Of a DNA stretch of 64,000 bases, positions 56,856-64,000 are shown piece by piece. Below the pieces are notes generated by a model. That model had not been told where the DNA came from and searched no databases. It saw only the letters and a list, made by a program, of their open reading frames with translations. Numbering within the stretch: the first letter of the stretch is position 1; the number at the start of each line of letters is the position of its first letter. Made by a program: the position numbers and the translations under genes. This DNA is from Candidatus Taylorbacteria bacterium RIFCSPLOWO2_01_FULL_48_100. Lineage in GTDB: Bacteria > Patescibacteriota > Minisyncoccia > Phycocordibacterales > UBA10002. The DNA is taken from positions 3,956 to 67,955 of the forward strand of contig MHSA01000021.1 in assembly GCA_001821135.1 (NCBI GenBank), given 5' to 3'.

Positions 56856-58046
56856 TTATTCTGTTTTTGTTTCTGTGGGGACAGGTTCAGCTTTTTCTGT
56901 TTCTGCCGTGGCGGGTGGCGGCTCTGCGGGTTTGTTTAATGATGCAATATCAATTTTCGCGTTCGTGAGGCGGGCGGCGAGGCGCACATTCTGCCCGCCG
57001 CGGCCGATGGCGAGCGACTGCTGGTCGTCGGCGACAATTGCTTTCACATGCCGCGCGGCTTCGTCCAGCACTTCCACAGAAAGAACTTTTGCTGGAGAAA
57101 GCGCTTCGGTTACAAACTTTTTCAGATTTTCGAACCACTGAATGATGTCTATTTTCTCGCCACCGAGTTCCGACATCACAGTTGAGACGCGCACGCCTCG
57201 GCCGCCGACGAGCGACCCAACCGGGTCTATATGCGGGTCGTTGCTCGCGACGGCAATTTTAGCGCGCGAGCCGGGCTCGCGCGCGATGGCTTTAATTTCC
57301 ACCGCGCCTGACGCGACTTCGGGTGTTTCCTGTTTAAACAGTGCTTCAATGAACTTCGGCGCGGCGCGCGAGAGCCGCAGGTGCACGCCGCGCGGCGTGT
57401 CTTCTACGCGCATAAGGTACGCGCGCACGCGCTCGCCCTGTCGGTACCGCTCGCCCGGAATCTGCTCCTCGTATGGGAGAATACCGGTTGCGCGGCCAAT
57501 ATCTATGAAAATCGCGCCGCGCTCAATTCGTTGGACAGTACCCGATACAATCTCGCCCGCGCGCGTGCCGTATTCGCTGAGCACCGACACCTTCTCCGCT
57601 TCGCGGATTTTCTGAATCACGACTTGTTTGGCGGTTTGCGCGGCAATCCTACCGAAGTCGCTCTTGGTTTCCAGTGGGAAAATTATTTCATCTTCCAACT
57701 GCGCGCCTTTCTTAATTTTGCGGGCGTCTTCTATGAAAATATGGTGTTCGGAGTTGTAAAAAATTCGATCGTCGTCTGCAGCGCGTTCAATTTCCTCGCC
57801 ATCTTCGTTTTCAGAGCGCACAATCACCTTCGTATCATCCACAACTTCCTTAACTTGGAAGAATTCCACTGCGCCGCTTACTGCGCTAAACTTCGCGCGC
57901 ACAATTTGGCCTTTCTTGCCGTACTCTTTGCGGTACGCCGTCGCGAGCGCGGATTCAATCGCTTCAATTACTTTCTCGCGCGGTACTCCGCGCGTTTCTT
58001 CAAGTTCTGTAAGTACCGCGTTGATAGTTTTTAAATCAAAAAGCAT
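56856..58046 (-). CDS. nusA: Transcription factor NusA
   Basis: FGRIAAQTAKQV, AREPGSRAK, AIGRGGQNVRLA. Confidence 0.97.
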   Translation of the reverse strand: MLFDLKTINAVLTELEETRGVPREKVIEAIESALATAYRKEYGKKGQIVRAKFSAVSGAVEFFQVKEVVDDTKVIVRSENEDGEEIERAADDDRIFYNSEHHIFIEDARKIKKGAQLEDEIIFPLETKSDFGRIAAQTAKQVVIQKIREAEKVSVLSEYGTRAGEIVSGTVQRIERGAIFIDIGRATGILPYEEQIPGERYRQGERVRAYLMRVEDTPRGVHLRLSRAAPKFIEALFKQETPEVASGAVEIKAIAREPGSRAKIAVASNDPHIDPVGSLVGGRGVRVSTVMSELGGEKIDIIQWFENLKKFVTEALSPAKVLSVEVLDEAARHVKAIVADDQQSLAIGRGGQNVRLAARLTNAKIDIASLNKPAEPPPATAETEKAEPVPTETKTE

Positions 58047-58054
58047 AAAGTATA

Positions 58055-58205
58055 TATACTAATCTACTAATGATACGAATTATACGAATGTCTACGAATA
58101 ATATACTAATCTGCGAATGGTACGAATATACGAATGACTACGAATAAAAAATGAATCTTATTGGTAGTCATTTGGAGATTTGGTATGTATTCGTAATATT
58201 GGTAT
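58055..58205. repeat. Family A palindrome with duplicated left arm
   Basis: Two tandem TACGAAT arms plus an inverted arm, upstream of nusA. Confidence 0.88.
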
Positions 58206-58305
58206 AAAAATAGCCCGCCTTCGTGGGGCGAACTTCCACCTTAATATACACTATATATAGTATACGCGCAAGCAACAGTTATCAACATTAAGGGTGTATA
58301 CCCTG

Positions 58306-58941
58306 CTAACCCAAGTGCGCGTGATCATTCCATACCCAGAGCCACCATGGCGAAGTATTGTTTTTCTCGTCAAACCCCAGAACGGTCACGCCGGTATTTT
58401 CTGTATGAAATTTCTGAATAAATTGCTCGCATTCTTGCGCGGTCAGTTTTTCACCAAAAACAGCGTATGCGACAATTATCCTCAAAAAGAAACCGTGAGT
58501 AATAACAAGCATGTTTCTCTCTGATTTTTGTTGTAAATATCTTAACGCTTGACTAGCGCGCGTCTTTAAATCATCAAAATTTTCTTCATCGGAGAATCGG
58601 AATCCCGAAACTGTGAAATTCTCCCGAATTGTTTTTTCCGCATCCAGTGCTTTCGGGTCATTTTTCAAGACCCCAATCTGCTCCTTTGGCCTACGACGCT
58701 CTATAAAAAGATCCGAATATTCAGCCGATTTTTTCAATCGCGCCAAAATTATTTTCGCTGTTTCTACTGCGCGCTTCATAGTACTTGAAATAATAGAATC
58801 AATGGAAAGTTTCTCGCAGCGCTCCGCAATAATTTCAGATTGCATCAGTCCTTTTGGCGTCAATGAAGAGTTTTGTCCTTGACGAACAGGACCTGTATTA
58901 CCCTCACTTTCCCCATGTCTAACGAAATAAATCTTTTTCAT
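58306..58941 (-). CDS. Histidine phosphatase (PGM family)
   Basis: FVRHGES, RAVET, ITHG. Confidence 0.9.
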   Translation of the reverse strand: MKKIYFVRHGESEGNTGPVRQGQNSSLTPKGLMQSEIIAERCEKLSIDSIISSTMKRAVETAKIILARLKKSAEYSDLFIERRRPKEQIGVLKNDPKALDAEKTIRENFTVSGFRFSDEENFDDLKTRASQALRYLQQKSERNMLVITHGFFLRIIVAYAVFGEKLTAQECEQFIQKFHTENTGVTVLGFDEKNNTSPWWLWVWNDHAHLG

Positions 58942-59249
58942 ATTTACATCATATCAAAAACCATCTTTATTCAAAATCTATAAATGTTGACAGATAATCT
59001 ATGTTGGTGTTGTATGGATATGGAAATATCAAACCTCTCCCTACCCCCCAATACGAAGGGTAAGGAAAATGAATTGATGCACAGTTTTTTGACAATAACT
59101 GCACGAGAAGACCAAGAAGAGCGTTAAAAACAGTGCTTTTCTTAATCCTCTCGTGTGAGAGGATTCCTTTAAAAATGAAGTGGCGCTTAACAAGTAGCCC
59201 TTCGTATTTAAAGGTGGGGAGAACAAAAAAACAAATCGAGAGGAAAAAA

Positions 59250-60393
59250 ATGAAAGATCCAATACTTCTGCAATTAACAAGTGAACAATACTCAATTCTT
59301 CACGAAGGATTAAAGTCGGTTGTCCATTACCGCAAATCAGGTTTAAGCGTCAATCATATCATTGGGTGTCCACTGGATTGCGCGTACTGCATTCGTCATC
59401 AAAATAATAATTTTGATATGAAACAGCCGCATCAATTGATGTCTGATGAAGAGGTGGTGAATATGTTGGTACAGCACCGCTATTTCATACCGCACAAGAC
59501 ACCGCTCCAAATCTTCAACAAAGCCACCGACCCATTTTTAGGCGCAGTCCGTCCGCATACTCATTGCATGTTGTCTTTACTAGACAATAGAGGTTTGATG
59601 AACCACATCCTTGTCATTACACGGTATGTGGTTACCGAGGAAGACATGCGAAAACTTAATCAACTTCAACACTTGCGCGTTACTCTCCTTATTACCTTTA
59701 ACGGTCTAAAAGACAGTCGGATTGAGCCGTTGTCAAAAAAGATAACGCTTAAATCAATTGAAGTTGCTTGTCGCCAAAAAGGTCGCACTAAAGTTATACT
59801 ATAATTGGCGTCCGATTGTTCCTGGTTGGAATGATGACGAAGAAACTGTGTGTGGCGTTCTTGAAGCGGCGCGTGGTTGTGATGCGGTCGCATTCACCGG
59901 ATTATTTCACCGCAAAGAACAGCACGAATTCTTTGCAAATATCGGTATCGCGCCACCTTACAGTGAGATACACCGCAGAAAGATACTGCCGCAGGACTTG
60001 GAAAACAACATCTTGAGAATGTATAAAGAGTGCGGACTTACCGTGCCGCTCTTTAGAAAGACATCATGCGCCGTTGCTTTCGCGCACCACGAATCTGATT
60101 ACAACGGTCATTACGGAGTTCCCGATATTTGTGACATCTGTCCGACTGATCAAGTTGCGCGTTGCGCGCAGTCGCACAAAAAACCTTCGGAAGAAGAATT
60201 CGCCGAGCTCCTTCAACGCTACGGCTATGATACTGTGTTTAAGGTTGGCGATGGGCATGTAGAGACAGTTGGTTTGAGTGAAGAACAAAGGTATCACCTG
60301 CAACACACGCTTGGATTTCAGATTTGGGATGTAAAATACCCGCATTTGAAGAACCAACACGGTCGAGCACCCGTCGGCTATACAAAACCATAA
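59250..60393 (+). pseudogene. Radical SAM protein split by a 1-nt insertion near 59803
   Basis: CPLDCAYC motif; removing one A in CTATAATTGG gives KVILYWRPIVPG and fuses both ORFs. Confidence 0.8.
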
Positions 60394-60397
60394 AAGT

Positions 60398-61006
60398 ATG
60401 AGAATACTAACAAGTGAATACACAAAAAAATGGACCGAGTTCGAATATGCCGTTTTGGACCTTGAAGGAACCGGCGCACAGCACAGAGAAAATGAGGGTA
60501 TTGTAGACATTGCCGGAGTTTTGGTTAAAGGCGGAGCAGTAACACATGAAAGTTTTAACCATTTGCTTAATCCGGAAATTTCTATACCATCTTTCATTTC
60601 TAGGATTCACGGAATCACCGACAAAGATGTGCAGAATAAACCGAAACTAGCCGAAGTAAAAAGTGGTATTCTCACATTCTGTGAAGGTCGGATACTTGTT
60701 TCCCATAACGCTCCAGTTGAGCGCAGGGTGTTGCGGTTTCGGTTGCCTGAATACGAACCGCCGATCATCTTTGACACACTGAAAATGTCTCGCACGGCGT
60801 ATCAGGAAGAAAAGAAACACAGTTTAGATGAAATGATCAAACGGCTAAATCTTGAGTCAGTTCTTTCTAGCGCCACGGATTCCAAAAGGCATTCTGCGTT
60901 CTATGATGCGTTGGCTACTGCGCACGCATTTGTAGTGTTGGCGAATCGTTTGGTTGGAAAAGAAGGGGTGTTGCAAGACCTCTTAAAATACAACATACGC
61001 GATTGA
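60398..61006 (+). CDS. DEDDh 3'-5' exonuclease (DnaQ-like)
   Basis: DLEGTG, IHGIT, SHNA, HSAFYDA. Confidence 0.88.
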   Translation: MRILTSEYTKKWTEFEYAVLDLEGTGAQHRENEGIVDIAGVLVKGGAVTHESFNHLLNPEISIPSFISRIHGITDKDVQNKPKLAEVKSGILTFCEGRILVSHNAPVERRVLRFRLPEYEPPIIFDTLKMSRTAYQEEKKHSLDEMIKRLNLESVLSSATDSKRHSAFYDALATAHAFVVLANRLVGKEGVLQDLLKYNIRD

Positions 61007-61029
61007 ATCTTCAACAATACTTACACACA

Positions 61030-61064
61030 ACACCCGAACGGTTCGTTCCACTCGGGTGTTTTTT
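61030..61064 (+). terminator. Intrinsic terminator
   Basis: AACACCCGA...TCGGGTGTT followed by a T-run. Confidence 0.65.
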
Positions 61065-61150
61065 GTTGTTTGTTGTGCGGTAGTTATCAACAGAGAGCGC
61101 GAACGGCACAGGCGCACATTCCGTATATAATATAGAATGCAGTATGGAGT

Positions 61151-61276
61151 CCCGTTAGAAGCCGCTTCGCTACGGAAACGCTTTATCCAATCATATTATG
61201 TATAAAGCATTATCAACTAATTTATACAGCATAAACGCTTATATAAAAATGCGAAGCGTTTCCTGCTTCTAACGGG
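61151..61276. mobile_element. MITE-like family C element abutting a start codon
   Basis: ATGGAGT|CCCGTTAGAAGC...GCTTCTAACGGG|ATGGAG. Confidence 0.8.
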
Positions 61277-61549
61277 ATGGAGCGCGGAACAACAAAAACA
61301 GCGACTGCGGGTGCGGCGGTTTTAGTCGCCGTTGCGCTTGGTGCGTGGCTCGTTTTTGCTTCGCGGGAGAGCGCCGGCTCGCCAGCGCAAAACGGTAACC
61401 GCGCGGAGATTTTGCGGCTCACGGAGCGAGGGCGGCTTTCCGACGGCGAAAAGAAGCGCGTTTTTGAGCTCTTGTCGGGAGAGCAATTTCGCGAGTACGA
61501 GTTTAGCGCGCGCGAGCGCGCGCTGATTCTGAAGGCAATAGGCGGGTAA
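61277..61549 (+). CDS. Small membrane-anchored protein (paralog 1)
   Basis: TM, then EILRL...LSDGEK...YEFSARE..I. Confidence 0.65.
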   Translation: MERGTTKTATAGAAVLVAVALGAWLVFASRESAGSPAQNGNRAEILRLTERGRLSDGEKKRVFELLSGEQFREYEFSARERALILKAIGG

Positions 61550-61561
61550 TGGAATATGGAT

Positions 61562-61677
61562 CCCGTTAGAAGCCGCGGTCGCTTCTAGTGGTAAGAAAAT
61601 TATCAAAAATATAATAGGTCGTTAAAATAAATTGTTGCAGTGTAGCGGTTCCGCGACCGCGACCTGCTTCTAACGGG
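61562..61677. mobile_element. MITE-like family C element abutting a start codon
   Basis: ATGGAT|CCCGTTAGAAGC...GCTTCTAACGGG|ATGGAG. Confidence 0.8.
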
Positions 61678-62049
61678 ATGGAGCCAAATCAAAATCAGAC
61701 AACGGTACAAGGAGGCGGTGCGAAGAAAACCATAAGCGCGATTATCGTGCTTGCGATTATTGCAGTTGGAGGGTGGTATTTGTATAACAGCGGAGCGTTT
61801 AAGCGCGGTGTTGAAAATGCGCCGGAAATAACCCGCGAACAGTTAGTGGGGGAAGCGCCGCTATCCGCGTCGCTTGAAAGTGCAATAGAGAAGCATAAAG
61901 GCGAGATTCTTGAGCGCATTGGGACGGGCGTGCCGCTTTCGGAAGATGAACGCGAAGCGTTGGGAAAGACAATGTTGATGGAAGCGCATCTCTACAACTT
62001 CACGGATGCGGAGACCAACGCTATTTTTGAGGCGTTGAAGGTGCAGTAA
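61678..62049 (+). CDS. Small membrane-anchored protein (paralog 2)
   Basis: TM, then EILERI...LSEDER...YNFTDAE..I. Confidence 0.7.
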   Translation: MEPNQNQTTVQGGGAKKTISAIIVLAIIAVGGWYLYNSGAFKRGVENAPEITREQLVGEAPLSASLESAIEKHKGEILERIGTGVPLSEDEREALGKTMLMEAHLYNFTDAETNAIFEALKVQ

Positions 62050-62052
62050 TGT

Positions 62053-62496
62053 ATGAAGCCGACCACAAGCAGAAAAACAATCATTATTGAAATCGTTGCA
62101 CTTGTTGTGCTCGCTTTGTTTTTATTTGTGTCGGTACAGCGCGGCTCGCCGCCAAATGGCGAAGCGGATATAGCAGCTCCGCAGTTTACTGCTCCTATGT
62201 ATGCAGACAATGAATCGCCAAACGCGCTCATTCGCCCACTATACCTTGATGTTTTAGTTGGGGGACTTGCCGGTTTGACAGCAGAGAAAAAACAAAACAT
62301 CGCTGATTTCAAGCAAAAAATACTTACGCGCATCGCTTCTCGCGAGCCGCTGAGCGAATCGGAAAAGAGCGTGCTTCAGATAAGTATTTCAACTGCGGAA
62401 AAACCGCCTATGGGGGCGATTGTCGTTGCCGACCAGACCGTATTTAATTTTACTTCCGAAGAATTAGCGCGGATTGAATCAGCGATTAAAAAATGA
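62053..62496 (+). CDS. Small membrane-anchored protein (paralog 3)
   Basis: TM, then KILTRI...LSESEK...FNFTSEE..I. Confidence 0.7.
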   Translation: MKPTTSRKTIIIEIVALVVLALFLFVSVQRGSPPNGEADIAAPQFTAPMYADNESPNALIRPLYLDVLVGGLAGLTAEKKQNIADFKQKILTRIASREPLSESEKSVLQISISTAEKPPMGAIVVADQTVFNFTSEELARIESAIKK

Positions 62497-64000
62497 AAAA
62501 TTATTTTATTGCAAAAAACTTTTCGGTCTTCATCGGCGTCATAGCCGCTGCGCTGTTTTTTGCAGTTGCGCCTCGTGCATTCGCGCTCTCATATTCTCCT
62601 TCAACAATATACCCTGGCACGCCCTATACTCTTTATGAGTCGGTATCAAACAGTAACGGCTCTACGATTTCGGTAACAAAAGATTGTTTCTACTGGAAAA
62701 ACGGCGTGTATGGCGGCTCATGGAGCCATGAAGTGCTCAGCGTTCCTTCATCGGGCGCGACCGCAACCTGCTCAAGTACGGGCGACACTGCGGGGAGCGC
62801 GATGTCCTTTCAGATGAACATTTGGCGGCCCAATTACAACGGCAGTGTTTCGTGGGGTACCACTGGGTTTACCGTTCAATCCCCTCCTGTTGCATCTGTC
62901 TCTATAAGCGGCCCATCTCCGGTTTCGTATGGCGGAGGAAGTTATCTTACCGTTACCCCCACAAACGCTTACGGCTGTTCTGTGTCTGGTCCAGGATATT
63001 GGGCATACAATAATGTTTGGTGGACTGGAAGTTTGTATTCTGATACATCCTTCACCGCTTCATGTACGGCAAGTTATGGCGCGACAGGAAGCCCCACCGC
63101 GAGTTTTACCGTGCGCGTTACTCCGCCGCCGCCTTCTACCTACAATCTTTCAACATCTATAGCGAGCGGTTCTGGTAGTATTTCTTGTAACGGCAGTTCG
63201 TGCGCGTCTTCTTACTCCGCCAACACCTCACTTACACTCACCGCGTCTCCTTCATCTGGTTACACATTCGGCGGCTGGGGCGGCGCGTGTTCTGGAACTG
63301 GCTCTTGCTCGCTCACCATGAACACGAATAAAACCGTGAGCGCGAGTTTTGTGCAGCAGCCGTTTAACTATTCGTTAAGCGCGTCTGCAAACATTTCAGT
63401 AACCGCAGGCAGTAGCGGTTCAAACATTATCACACGCACGCTCACCTCCGGCATTACGCAATCGGTTGCTCTTTCAGCCTCCATATCACCAAGTACAGGT
63501 AGCATTACTCTCTTTTTCGCGAATAACCCCGCGAACCCGAGCTACGGTAGCGCGCTAACAGTAAGCACTGCGCGCGGGACGCCGCCAGGATCCTATACCA
63601 TTACTGTGACGGGCTCGCCGCTCGGCAAGACAACTTCTTTTAGTTTGGCGGTGTCGCCTCCAGCAATGCCGAATCTTACCGCGAGCCAGTATTGGATAGC
63701 CGGCACCAAAATGAACGGCCAGCAGAACTTTGAGGCAGGCACGACACTTACAGATGTGGTGCGCGTGACCAACACTGGCGGCGCGGATGCAAATAGTTTG
63801 TTTGTGTATTTACAGCGCGGTACGAATACGGCGAATATGGCGGATATTTCGGGTGCAACAGCGACTTACGAAACACTGTTGCATACCACTCCGCAAAACG
63901 CCATAAATATACCAGTTAGCGCGGAATTTCCCACCGGCACATGGCTGGTGCGTGCGTGCGTGAGGCACAACGATACGCCATTTGATGCGAACGGTAATTT
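62493..64000 (+). CDS. Large secreted Ser/Thr-rich surface protein with divergent InlB-B-like repeat (runs off window)
   Basis: Manual translation MKNYFIAKNFSVFIGVIAAALFFAVAPRAFA...; LTASPSSGYTFGGWGGACSGTGSCSLTMNTNKTVSASF. Confidence 0.8.
   Translation, partial: MKNYFIAKNFSVFIGVIAAALFFAVAPRAFALSYSPSTIYPGTPYTLYESVSNSNGSTISVTKDCFYWKNGVYGGSWSHEVLSVPSSGATATCSSTGDTAGSAMSFQMNIWRPNYNGSVSWGTTGFTVQSPPVASVSISGPSPVSYGGGSYLTVTPTNAYGCSVSGPGYWAYNNVWWTGSLYSDTSFTASCTASYGATGSPTASFTVRVTPPPPSTYNLSTSIASGSGSISCNGSSCASSYSANTSLTLTASPSSGYTFGGWGGACSGTGSCSLTMNTNKTVSASFVQQPFNYSLSASANISVTAGSSGSNIITRTLTSGITQSVALSASISPSTGSITLFFANNPANPSYGSALTVSTARGTPPGSYTITVTGSPLGKTTSFSLAVSPPAMPNLTASQYWIAGTKMNGQQNFEAGTTLTDVVRVTNTGGADANSLFVYLQRGTNTANMADISGATATYETLLHTTPQNAINIPVSAEFPTGTWLVRACVRHNDTPFDANGN

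Overview
Origin-proximal chromosomal segment of a small-genome bacterium. Gene content and order strongly suggest Patescibacteria/CPR (Parcubacteria-like); standard code with TGA used as stop. Core genes: tyrS (partial), FemX-like, PBP1A, dnaN-dnaA-rpmH-rnpA-yidC-jag, rsmA, pcrA, comM, pnp, rpsO, CCA-adding enzyme, four tRNAs, nth, HU, rny, clpP, hppA, nusA. Accessory content: a conjugation-like T4SS cluster (VirB4, PrgI, VirB6-like, pilin), several toxin-antitoxin modules, a radical SAM/exonuclease islet and surface proteins. The most striking signals are non-genic. (1) A TAC(G/C/T/A)AAT-based palindromic repeat family occupies stop-codon junctions across the window, and one copy holds a GxxExxY putative nuclease gene in its loop, a candidate autonomous/non-autonomous mobile system. 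(2) A MITE-like ATCCCGTTAGA...TCTAACGGGAT element supplies start codons. (3) A third ~130 bp palindromic family is present, one copy in frame inside a protein. (4) A 40.3-42.9 kb locus combines parS-like sites, DnaA boxes and about 20 AATGTCCTTTA repeats that also invade the CCA-enzyme gene. (5) A mirror-symmetric AbiEii locus surrounds a LysM/M23 peptidase. All calls come from reading the sequence by eye; no database searches were run.
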